DNA from: Chrysemys picta bellii
Taxonomy: Eukaryota
DNA length: 64,000 bases
Direction of reading: 5' to 3'
Assembly: GCF_011386835.1 (NCBI RefSeq)
Contig: NC_088797.1
Coordinates: 113,646,001 to 113,710,000, forward strand
The translations under genes were made by a program, and so were the position numbers. The notes beneath the pieces are model-generated. The model was given only the letters and a program-made list of their open reading frames with translations, ran no database searches and was not told the origin of the DNA. Positions 39,162 through 50,337 of this stretch are shown here, in pieces (position 1 is the stretch's first letter; every line of letters starts with the position of its first letter).

Positions 39162-40429
39162 ATCTGTAACTTTCCCCACTATTATTCACATTGTCTTCAG
39201 ATTAAGTCTTTCCAGAACCTTGAGGCACTTTAGGATTTTTTCACTGGTAATGGTTCCTTTGGTAAGCATACACTTGGTCTTTATTTGCAAATGTGCCTGA
39301 TTTCACCTACAGAAAATTGTTACTAGGAAAGAGAGATTGGCATAGTCTGAAAAAGACCAAAATAATTGGGTTTAAAATACTTATTTTAGTAATCTTTGTA
39401 CCCAACCTATCTGAGGAAGCCATCTAGGAGATAAGACATTCAGCACTTCTAATCATAAGGGGAGAAGGATAGTTTCCCAAAGACAGAAACAATAAAAGGG
39501 AAATAAACCACCAGATAAAATAGCATTTGAAGAATATCATGATTCATTAGGATGGGGCAGTTCCTTTCACTGAGCTCCATCAAGTGGCACATCCCTGTAC
39601 CTGTCCCCTTTCCACACAATTTTTTGATAGCATAATAGTTTTTTAACATGAATAATCCAAACCCTAATTTCCAAGTCTGTAAATGGAAGGAAGATATTAA
39701 CAGGGTGGAACTGGGATATCTCTTTAAGATACAGGGTAAGATCCTGACATCTTTATTATTGTACGTAGTCCCATTGACTTTAATGGGACTATAGTTGTGA
39801 ATCAGGGATATAGGATTGGATCGATGTTTCGGCCAACAAGGATTTCTCCATTTAAAAATAGTCTTATAATAATGGATTTAAATCAACAGCTGTAAACATA
39901 TGAGAGAGGCAATGTGTAAAGATATCTGTTATCACCATACTGGCATAAGAATTACTTACCTTCCAGGACTCAGAGGGAAACTTGATATTCAAGGTGTTGT
40001 AGATCATAACAGTAAATGATATATCTCATAAGATGTTCTTAAGTTGATAAAATATATAGAGTTTTTAACATACATAAATGTAAGTTTTTAATATTATATG
40101 ATTTTGCCCTAGGATTGTGTTAGCCAACTTGCCAGCTCAAGATGGTTATGGAAAAGATAAGCTATATCTAGGTATATTGTCAATTGAAGGTCTGTTTGAT
40201 GATGCAAAGAATAACAAATCCTCTACTCAGAATCAGTTGCATCTCAATAACAAATTGGAATTAAGTACTGGTAAGAATGTGGGAGAGTATTCAGACTAAC
40301 CCAACTGCATCTGACTTACATCTTCAGTAAACTTCCATTACAATACTAGTGAGATTTAAAAAAAAAAATCCAGAATGCCATAGACCTGTCTGTATGGTAT
40401 CAAAAACATCATAGACCAAACTTTTATTG

Positions 40430-41450
40430 CAACAATCTCTGTTGGGAAAGAGACAAGATATATTGCTGAATTTTTTTGGAACTGAAAACCAAATTTGATT
40501 TACTAGATGATCACAGCAGAGATACTCTGATTGCCTTTCCTAGACCTGAAGAAGAGCTCTGTGTGGCTCAATCTTGTCTCAGTTGTCCAATAAAAGATAT
40601 TCCCTCACCTACATTGCCTCTCACATATGCTGGGACCAACACAGGTACAACACTGCAAATGTAAAGTAAACATAGTATTTTAAATGTGTCTTTACAAAAA
40701 AGAAAAACAAAATTGTGCAGGGAGCTGAGAAGAGCTGGGATTAGTTTTAATATTTAGCAAATGAGTAGGTTCATTTGTCCAACTTTTTCAATAACAGATT
40801 TGTACCTTTGCCTTGGTTATTCCATGAGAGTTAGCAAATAGTAAAGAACAGATTATGATTTGGTGGCGCCAGAAAATAATGTGGGTCCCATTCTACAATT
40901 CAGTAGAAATCTGGATACAATACCATAAGTAAGCAACTCAGTCCCTGAACTTTCAAATCAATCCTTTCTCTGGGGGAAATATGAAACTGAAAATATGATA
41001 TTTTGGTAGGAATACTTGTAGAAAGGCATCAGGATCATAGGGGGCTTGTATCAAAATAATATGTTGCTGAATTTTTGGCAACTGAAAACCAAATTTGATC
41101 TGCCAGATAATCAAAAACAAAGTTACAAGCAACTGAAGCTATGCCTTAAACATTCACTTTGAGTTCTACCCACAGACTCTACTGTAGCTTTAAAGGTAAT
41201 TGAACTGGCTGGGAATTCCCATTTGATCTTTAACATGCATTCTTTTCTACAGGATTTATCATATGCAATTGAATCAATACAGCTGTTTCAAGAAAAGCTG
41301 GATAGAGAATTGAACATGCAATTTAATGCACGTCAGTAGAATAAAGTCCCTAGTTTTTCTATAAAATATTTGAGGAAATGCTCAATTAACTCAATTTTTA
41401 ACAATTACACAACCTATTTGATACTTTCATTGGTCGCAATGATGTGGATT
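40430..41450 (+). mobile_element. Very decayed L1/Tx1-type ORF2 C-terminal region
   Basis: 40990-41160 translates to KGIRIIGGLYQNNMLLNFWQLKTKFDLPDNQKQSYKQL, resembling KGI..I.DLY....L.SF.QL..KF.LP of non-mammalian L1. Confidence 0.5.
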
Positions 41451-41737
41451 TTCATCTCCAGGTAGAGCTGGGCAAATAATTTGTAACAAATAATTCATCT
41501 GACAGATTTTGCCTTTTTTTCTGTTTAATTATTTGTGAACAGGTTGTGACTTTTTCAAGTGTATTAATTATTCAACATATTTACCAAATTTATTACAATA
41601 TTTTTTGGTCTGTAGATTGTTCATGAGAGATTTAAACAGTTTTTTAAATTCAAACTGTTTGAATTGGACACAAAGGATAGGACTCACAGGGTAATGCCCC
41701 AGCTAGCAACCAGAGATTGTATGATGTCTAGAGAAAA

Positions 41738-41898
41738 GGCAAGATTTTTCAAAATTGCATAGTGATTTCGGGTACTTCAACATTTGGGTGCCCACCATGA
41801 GAAACCTTGAAGAGGCCTACTTTTGAAAACAAGCCCCTTTTAAAGTATCACAAGTTGAGCAAACAAAATCACTAGTCACTTTTGAACATCTTGAACCA
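41738..41898. mobile_element. Short palindromic MITE-like repeat
   Basis: ggcaagatttttcaaaa...tagtgattt versus aaatcactagtcacttttgaacatcttgaacc. Confidence 0.55.
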
Positions 41899-41930
41899 AC
41901 ATCCTACTCCTGCATCAAGATCCCCTAGAG

Positions 41931-42184
41931 CATAGAATCATAGAATATCAGGGTTGGAAGGGACCTCAGGAGGTCATCTAGTCCAACCCCTGCTCAAAGC
42001 AGGAACAACCCCAACTAAATCATCCCAACCAGGGCTTTGTCAAGCCTTACCTTAAAAACCTCTACGGAAGGAGATTCCACGCCCTCCCTAGGTAACCCAT
42101 TCCAGTGCTTCACCGCCCTCCTAGTGAAAAAGTTTTTCCTAATATCCAACCTAAACCTCCCCCACTGCAACTTGAGACCATTGC
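41931..42184 (-). mobile_element. CR1 LINE 3' end fragment
   Basis: catagaatcatagaat tail, gacctcaggaggtcatctagtcc, ORF2 C-terminal region; same family as 28340-29784. Confidence 0.92.
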
Positions 42185-42196
42185 ATCAGAAACTAA

Positions 42197-42891
42197 GGGT
42201 ATGTCTGCACTTAGAGCTGGGGATAGGGTGGCCATGTGCCGGCTTTTGACTGGAAAGTCCAATTGAAAAGGGAACCTGATGGTGTCTGGTCATATCTACT
42301 GACCAGACACCCAAAGTCCAGTTACTGAGAGTGTGGGAGGTGGAGAGGCACCAGGTCATCACCCATGCCAGCCACTACTCCGCCAGTGCTGCCTCCCACC
42401 TGTGTCAAGCGGCTGCAGCTCCCAGCCCCAGCTCTGCCACAGAGTCCCTCCTGACCCAGGTGGGGTGGGGGAGGGGAAGATCAGCGAGCGACAGGGGGAG
42501 AGGGAAAGAGGAGTGAATGGGGCGGGGCCTCGGGGGGCAGAGGCAGTACAGAGGTGGGATCTCAGGGGGGGAAGAGGTGGGGTGGAAGAGATTCCAGCAC
42601 TCCTGTGGGAGTGTCTGTTTTTTAAATATTACAGAGTTGGCAACCCTAGCGGGGAAAATGATTTCTAAGCTCACACAGACACACTTGCGCTAGCTGTATA
42701 AAAATATTGGTGTAATTGCAGGCTACAGGCAGCAGTTACTGGCAGCACAGGCTAGCTGCCCAAATTACAAGCCAGCCTGGGTACATACTTGGGGCCTGTG
42801 CCCAGCTCACTGATGCCCATGCTACCGTGGCTACAGTACTATTTTTAGTGATCTGTGCACCACACCTCCAGCTCCAAGTGTAGATTTAGCC
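42197..42891. mobile_element. PIF/Harbinger-type MITE interrupted by a hAT MITE
   Basis: TIRs gggtatgtctgcact / agtgtagatttagcc; flanks TAA and TCA. Confidence 0.7.
42224..42648. mobile_element. Non-autonomous hAT element
   Basis: TIRs tagggtggcca / tggcaacccta; degenerate 8-bp TSD gctgggga / gcggggaa; G-rich interior. Confidence 0.7.
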
Positions 42892-44239
42892 TCAGTATTA
42901 CTGCTATTCTGCAGGGCCATCTGTTGTCGCAGCAGAATCCTAGAGCAGCTCATTCTTCTCCCGTTCCTGGAGTCTCTGCAGCCAGCAAGGGATGAGACAG
43001 CACAGTCCAGAATCCAGGACTCTGAAGGGCTAATTCTAGATACCCCGTATGGACTCACCAAGTGCCTACTGCCTGGAGCCCAGACAGGAGGGACTCAGCT
43101 CAGCAGGAGTTCCTGCCAACTTTCTGCATTTCTCCGGGCCTGGCAAAACAGATAAAGGTGCCTAAAAGGGGGAGGGGGAGTTCTGAGCTTGAGCACGTGG
43201 GTGGAGGTTGGTTTTGATGGGAGCTAATATAGGAAGTGGGAAATTGGGTTGATGAGCTATGGGGAGCAGAGGGTGGTGCCTGGGCAATTTGAAGGGAGGT
43301 CTGGTCCAGTTTGTGAGAAGGAAGGGATTGTTAGGAGTCAAGGTTCAGGAGTGGGCAGATCTGCCTATATTGGAACTGCCTGGGGGAGGGGGGGGGGGGA
43401 GAATTGCATGAAATTTACATAAAATCTCCATATTGGAACCCAACTACACAAAACTATTTACTCCATCATTGTCACCAATATGTACATCGGTCTTCCTCTT
43501 CACAATTCAGCTCGTCCCTCCTTTCCTTGTCACTTCTTCCCCTTCCCTCTGCAGCTGCATTAGCTTCCTTTTCAGTCGACTAATTCTCTCTTTCTTCATC
43601 TAGTCTATCTTCCCAACTTTCCATCATAGACTCCTCAACCCCTCCCAGTCTATTAAACCCTCACACTCTCCTGGTCCATCGGTACCTGGCTCAATGGCTG
43701 AAGTAGCTCTGGCTACTGGGCCAATGGAGCCTCTCCCTCTCCTTCTGCCAGCTGCTCAGTCTTCTTACTCTGGGCTCTTCCACCTCTCTCAATTATCTGC
43801 CTCTTTGGAAGAGAGCTCAGAGCAGGAGGTTGCCCAGTTGGCTAGCAGAGAATGAAAAGGGCAGTGTTTTTCAGCCACTGATCATGCCCGCCTTGACAGC
43901 CAGTGACATAGTAGGGGAGGCTCTGAAGAATGTTCCAAAACCCCCAGACCTCAGATCAAAGCCTGGACTTGGGTGAAAGTGTGGATAACGGAAGAAGGGA
44001 AAATTGACACTGTGAGGCTTTGTATGTTGCTTCTTTAAATCTATAGCTCGGAGCCCAGCAAAGGAGGTTCTAGACAGAAGCTCTACAGTGAAACAGAGAA
44101 AGACAGAGGAGTAGCTTTGAGGATGATAGAATTGTCCTTACTCAGAGTTTCTTGTTTGATGTTAGAAGAAAGTGACTTTTTCTGTGAGTCTTCACCATTG
44201 ACACATGGAGAAACTGACTTAGAACCAGCATAAAGAAGA

Positions 44240-44720
44240 GGAAAATATTCTCTGGGACTTTAAATCCATAAAATGAACTTAGGAGAAGGAGTGCTATATC
44301 AGATTCCAAAGTGCAATGAAGCTTAACACACAGTGCAGCAAAGTAAAGGTCAGCTTGTCAATTTATGCAATGGGCATTGAAGCTGAAAGACTGTATTAAC
44401 ATCGTTTACCTTTCTGGAGGGAGGAGGTAACTGTAAGAAATTGCTGAGAATAAACTGATGAGAATAACAATTATATTGTTCTTCAAAAGCTTGGGCATTT
44501 CATTCCCAAAAAGAATGTGAGTGTATCAGGAGTGCTTTCACCGAAGAGTTCAGAAGCCCAGAGAAAGTGTGGATATCTTTATATGGACCTTCTATGAATC
44601 AGTGGAATATGGTGACCGTGGTATGAATACGGAGGAACACATCCAAGATGAGCTAGTAGATAGTATATTAATCAAGAAGCTTTCAGGAACATTTGTTCTC
44701 TCTTCTGAGCTATAGGACAA
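44240..44720 (+). mobile_element. Gypsy-type gag remnant
   Basis: Translates to IRFQSAMKL...KVSLSIYAMGIEAE and CFHRRVQKPRESVDIFI...EHIQDELV, typical of Gypsy gag. Confidence 0.55.
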
Positions 44721-45269
44721 TCTCCAAGTCACCCAGTTCAGCCGTTTGAGTTGTAAAATTGGAGCAACACTGAAAAGCTTGGAAGAAAATCTTTATCTAA
44801 CCGAGATAAAGTGAAGAGTGTAGGATGTGAAACTGAGAGATGCCACGTCTAAAAGGTCCCAGGTTTACTTAACTTCAGAGTGCAGTCCAAAGCGTATCCA
44901 AAATTAACAAGGAGACCCTAATAAAACTGGATGAGGAAAAATATCTGAACTTCAATGGTTGTATTGAAAAGAGCTGCACCCCAAATTCCTGTGGTTGAGA
45001 TCAAGCTACTCATGATGAAAGAAACAAGTAGTCTCTTCGGCAGCTTTAAAACCCAGTTAAGTAGGACCTTAGAAGAAATTGGTTGTGGGTTATAGAAACC
45101 TTAATTGGTGCTATAATCCATGGTATGATGGGGGATATTAGGCCTCAATCCTGCATTTTAGGCGCCCCAAACTGCCATTGAAATCAACATAGGGTCAGGG
45201 CCATAACTTGTAACATACTTTTGTATGAATCTATCTTATATAAAAATGTAGGGAACTAATGGAAATAAC

Positions 45270-45655
45270 TTGTGTCTATCTTGAAACTGCTTCATCCATT
45301 GGTGAAATAACGCCACCTTTTGGGTGGTAGGACAGTACTGTACAACAGTTTAGGATAGGTAGACTGTAAGTATCCAGAACAACAAGCATAATAACTCTCC
45401 TACTGTGAAAAGTGCCATGGGATTTTAATGATCACATGTGATTAGATCCTCTGTTATGTATTCTGTACGAAAGATGGAAGCTCCAGTAGCACCGTGCCCC
45501 CTAATATGCTTTGGCACCAGCTACTAAATCATCCATGCAATATATGTAGTAACTATGTTTTCCCTGGAAGTCTCCTATCAACTTATGACCTTCCCTACCT
45601 TGGTTAGTTTGTGTGATCTGTTGAGATTAAAGGGCAAGTTGGTAAAACTGGAGGC
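45270..45655 (-). mobile_element. AmnSINE1-like element (5S rRNA-derived head plus Deu domain)
   Basis: aaaagtgccatgggattttaatgatcac...cgaaagatggaagctccagtagcaccgtgcccc matches my recollection of the Deu domain. 45569-45630 aligns loosely to reverse-complement 5S rRNA. Confidence 0.6.
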
Positions 45656-45981
45656 CAACCCAGTACTGTGTATCCAGGACACAGCGGATTATGAAGCTTT
45701 ACATGATACGTCAGGAGTTCCAGAGTTGTTGGAAGAAATATGAGATATGGAAAATTGATTATATGAACAACTAAAGCCAGGATCTTTTCAAGACTCAACT
45801 ACTCTTTAGCCCATCTCACCAGCCAAGCACGGATGAGCCTGATCCAGAGGAAAGAAACTTTCCCCTAAAATGTTTAAATGTGAAGCTGGCGCCCTACCCA
45901 ACCCTTAATTAGCAAGATACAAGTATCTAGTTTTCATTGTTTTACTCACATGATTAATGACCCTACATGCTTGCATGACAA

Positions 45982-46256
45982 GGGCCCCCACTGTGGATTT
46001 TCCAAAATGATTTCCCACTGACCAGTAACAATCCAGCGTTGCAAGCTTGCATAGTGCGATTGCCACTCATTTGTCAACTGTCAATGCAGTTCTCATTATA
46101 GTGTTTGTGTGCTGGAGGGCTGGCGTGAGCTCGGCTTATAGATCCAGGAATGTGTCCTTTTGTATTAGAAAGTTCTGCAGCCATCACTCATCATTCCAAT
46201 CCTGCATGACGATGCAATCCCACCAGTCAGTGCTCGTTTCTTAGACCCAGAAGCGG
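45982..46256 (-). pseudogene. PIF/Harbinger transposase fragment
   Basis: Minus strand translates to ETSTDWWDCIVMQDW...WLQNF...TFLDL.AELTPAL...ALTVDK.VAIALCKLATLDCYWSVGNHFGKSTVG with three stops. Confidence 0.85.
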
Positions 46257-46307
46257 AGCTCCACCATATGCAGCTGCTCCATGAATTAATTATAATCAAT
46301 TGTAAAT

Positions 46308-46482
46308 TAGACATTCAGGCTCAGGCTGTAGCCTGAGCTCTGGGACCCTCCAACCTTGCAGGGTTGTAGAGCCTAGGCTCCAGCCTGAGCCCAAATGTCT
46401 ACACCACAGTTAAACAGCCCCTTAGCCCGAGTCAGCTGGCATGGGCCAGCCATGGGTTTTTAATTGCAGTGTAGATATACCC
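46308..46482. mobile_element. Partial Harbinger-type MITE
   Basis: Ends in gcagtgtagatataccc TIR; internal caggctcagg/cctgagc repeats. Confidence 0.55.
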
Positions 46483-46559
46483 ATAGCGCACAGATTGAAG
46501 AAATGGAGGTGAGTGGACTTAAATCTTACCCTGTCACTTTCCCCAGAACTCTTTTGGGG

Positions 46560-46810
46560 CTCCTAACTGACCCATCTATTTTAGGTACATGGATGGCCTG
46601 CATTATTGTAGCAAGGGGGGTGGGGATCACAATCTTGAATACATTCATCTTCAAAACATCTTTGTGAAATAGAGAAGTACTATTAGTCCCATTTGACAAA
46701 AGGGGAATTGAGGCACCAAGAGACTAAGTGACTTGCTCTTGTGTGGCAAAGCAGGGAATTGAACCTAAGTCTCCCAAGTCCTGGGCTAATCCCCTAATCA
46801 CTAGACCATC
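46560..46810 (-). mobile_element. MIR/CORE-SINE remnant
   Basis: cccatttgacaaaaggggaattgaggcac..agagactaagtgacttgc and gggaattgaacctaagtctcc (tRNA B-box, reversed). Confidence 0.7.
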
Positions 46811-48044
46811 TTTTCATTCTTGTGTTTTACTTTTATTCTTGATTATTTGTTTGGGTGTGATCCGATTTCTTTCTGTGGTTTGTTCGGTCAGCAATCCTAG
46901 AGGTCTGGGCTTCTGACTCCAGTCTCTCTGTCAGTTCAAGGTGACCCTGCCCTCTGCATGAGGTCTTTTCTGGACTGGCCTCTTTGACAGTAACCCCTAA
47001 CACACTGTCCTCCTTGGGACCAGGGGCAAAGGTCCGGGGTGGGTAGCGGGACCTAGGCCCTCTCTCTCCTCTGGGTCCTGGTGCTGGGCCCTGAAAATGA
47101 AGCAGCATGTACTGGCCTAAAGTTTGGTCAGCCTGCTTTCTCACCTTCCCCTAGGCCACTTCCTACCACCACTGCATCTCAGTTTGGTGTGTGGTCGCAG
47201 TGGACTTAGAGTCTTTACTTCTAAACCCCCCAAAGCATAGGGCCAATGTCTGTGGCCTACTCGAACCCTTGCCCACGATTTTCCCTTCTGTTTCTGCAGA
47301 GCAGTGCTCCTCCAGGAAATGGCCCCTCTCTTATCTTTCTCCCCACCCACCAGTCTGGGGCTGCTGAAGGATAGGGGCCTCCCTCACCCATTACTGCTCC
47401 AGCACCTCCCCTGTCTCTGCCTTAGTGTGGGGCTTGTAAATCCCTTCACACTCTTCATTTTTTTAGGACTTTCTGACATCTATTCCCAGGAGTGTCTGTG
47501 AAAATGTCCACAAAGCAAGTTTTTAAAACAATGTTTACCTCTCTTCTGTCTTCTCTTGGAGTCCCCGTGTCTCTTTTCCTGGCCTCTTAGCTCTCTGCAC
47601 TCATTTCCTATTAATCCTTGGTGCAATTTTTACCAGTTTACATTGTTTTTACAGTCACAATTTCTTGAGTATCTCAATTCATTAGACAGAAGCTTTTAGT
47701 GGTAAGTCCACTTCTCTACAATAGTGCCAAACCATTAGAGCTGATTGGAAACTTTTAGACAAAATGGTTTTTGATTGGGAAATGACAATTTATTAAAACC
47801 AAAACTTGTCACAGAAACATATCAGCTTTGATTAAACTTTCACTGTGTAGATTTCTCAGATCCAGGATAGAATCCTGGTCAAAATGAGAGATGGAGAGAG
47901 AGACCAATACATCCACCCAAGAATAGACAATACTCTGATGGTTAGAATCCTCACCTAGGATGTAAAAGACCACTGAACCTGGTTCTCTCTCATCCCATGT
48001 GAGTGCCCTATCCACCATGATATAGGCTATTCTGAGTTGGGTGT

Positions 48045-49237
48045 TGTCACTGTGCTTGCTAAGGGTCACAGCTGTGTGGGCCAAACTCAGGTCAGACTGT
48101 CAAAAAACTGGGCAGATGCTCCTGTTGGTGGTATATTCTATAACTAGATTTAACCAAACCAGCAACAAATGTGTGCTCCTGGGTCACTATACTAGCTAAA
48201 CATGAAGACACAAACAGTCCCCTTAGACACTCCAGCCCATATTAGCACCCAGACAAGCTGGACTTCTGTGATGAAAGGTTATTAAAACTAAAAATCACCA
48301 CACATTAGGTTCTTCCAGCCCCAGGTCAATGCATGCTCAGGACCTTACCCCGAAAACAAACTGTAGTCAGTCCTTTAGTAGAAAAAGGAATGAGAACTAC
48401 TAAAAGGTCAAAGCAAATACACCTCTACCCCAATATAACGCTGTCCTTGGGAGCCAAAAAATCTTACTGCGTTATAGGTGAAACCGCATTATATCGAACT
48501 TGCTTTGCTCTGCCGGAGCACTGCAGCCTTGCCCCCCCGGAGCACTGCTTTACTGCGTTATATCCAAATTCATGTTATATCGGGTCACGTTATATCGAAG
48601 TAGAGGTGTAACATTTGTTACAGTTGCATCAAAGTATGTGGTTCAAAATGTTAGCAGGGATGTTAAATCCGCTAGTTTTCTATAAGTCTGAGTTGCCCAA
48701 ATAGTTTTGGAGACCTCAGTCCTTCTATTTGAAATGTCCCCAGTTACAATTCACCAGTCCAGAGATGGGGTAGGAAAGAGGGGGCCAGGGGCCTTTGTTC
48801 TCCCTCTTTATATCTTGACCCTTTCTGCTGGAAAAATCCTGGCTGTGTAAGGGATCAGGCAGTATGTACGTTGGCGTATGTACTTTGCCATCAGTCCTTG
48901 ATATGAAATGCAAACTTTTCTGGCACCTCCTGCTTACCTGCCATCTGAGGTATCTTCCGGAGGTCTTTGTTTTTAGTTCTTTTGTTATTCCTGAAAAGCT
49001 AACCTGTGTGCGTTTCTCAGACTCACATGTTTGAGTTAAAAACAAATAGCAAAATTTCATAATTCTGCACACAGTTGATACACACAAGATAATACACAAC
49101 AAGATAATAATACTGAGAAGATGACAACTTGTCCAGTGATACCTCACAAAGCATACTTTGTACAAGATTTATCACACTTTTAAAAGTGGCGACCATATTA
49201 GTGTAGATGGTCACTTTCCCCTTTAGACAACATCACA
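48045..49237. mobile_element. Solo LTR
   Basis: TG...CA termini (tgtcac / catcaca); 5-bp TSD ggtgt / gatgt (1 mismatch). It appears to be the same family as 57290-59798 in the opposite orientation. Confidence 0.65.
48420..48608. mobile_element. Tigger/pogo-type MITE nested in the solo LTR
   Basis: TIRs cacctctaccccaatataac / gttatatcgaagtagaggtg; TA flanks; same family as 25685-25852, inverted. Confidence 0.85.
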
Positions 49238-50314
49238 GATGTCTCTTGTTTATTCTACAGAGATGTTGAAAGGTCTCGGTTTCATTGTATTTCAGAACAG
49301 AAACAAATGCTGATACCTTTAATTTTTTTCACAAAACAGAATTCTTGTTTTCCTGCCACTGTTACAAATCATGCTGCTTCTCCATCTGCTCCTTCAGCAG
49401 CCCCATTATCCTGAAGCCTCCTTCCTCAGTCATTTTTGCAGGGCTAGCCAATGCTCCTGAAGCTGGAAAGTGAGGTCTTAGACTGCTAGAACTATGAGCA
49501 GTCTTTTGTGATGTAGTGCAAACAGATAAACTTATGTCAGTTTTCCATACTATTTTCCCACTTAAAGGACTAAACTCTGATTTCAAATGAAATGACTCTA
49601 GACTTAGACAGGTGTAACTGGAAGTAGAAGTTGGCCCTTAGAGCTAACTGTATTGAAAGTTAAGAGATGGATTTAGTGTCCCATTGTGGCTATTGCAATG
49701 CAATTTTCTTTTGTAACCTAATATTAGAATACATGTGTAGCATATAATGTTGCTCCCAAAATTGTTATAGTTCCAAACGTAATCCAGGCAGTTTTTAGTA
49801 TAAAAAGGCATGCTGTTTAATGACATCACTGGTGAAAAAAGTTTATATATATAAAATAAAAATGTGTGTGCTTGTGTAATATATGATAGGTGGGGCTGGG
49901 AACACAACCTATTAAGACTTCCCAACATTTCCCATTATAAGCCCCTGTTTTCAGTTGCTTATAACTTTTTGTCAAACTTTAACATTTAACTTCAACCAGC
50001 TAATTTTTTTCTATGAAAGGTGTCTGCCTCTGGGTAAATTCTTTTGACACATTTCAGCCAAAATGGTAAATCAGTTCTGAAAATGAAGCTGGAGGAAAAT
50101 ATATTGTTTTGCTCATGTTAAAACATTCTAGCAAGCTGTTCTTTGAGAAGCACTGGTACACCCATGCTTTGAGCAGGGATTTGAAAATCTGCAGGTGGGT
50201 AGCATTTGTGTAAAAGTTGTGCCTGTTCGGATCCATGTGAAAACCTACCCAAATTTGGTCAAGTTATAAGCCTTTGAAAAATCGCAGTTCTCATATGCTT
50301 AGTAGAGAACACAG

Positions 50315-50337
50315 GAGAGAGAGAGAGAGAGAGAGAG
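50315..50337. repeat. (GA)n microsatellite
   Basis: Directly visible. Confidence 0.9.

Noticed and set aside
45569-45655. 5S rRNA gene
   Set aside because: Highly decayed and joined to a Deu-like domain; this is a SINE head.
45982-46256. Host gene HARBI1
   Set aside because: Multiple stops, no splice structure, adjacent to MITE ends; a transposase relic.
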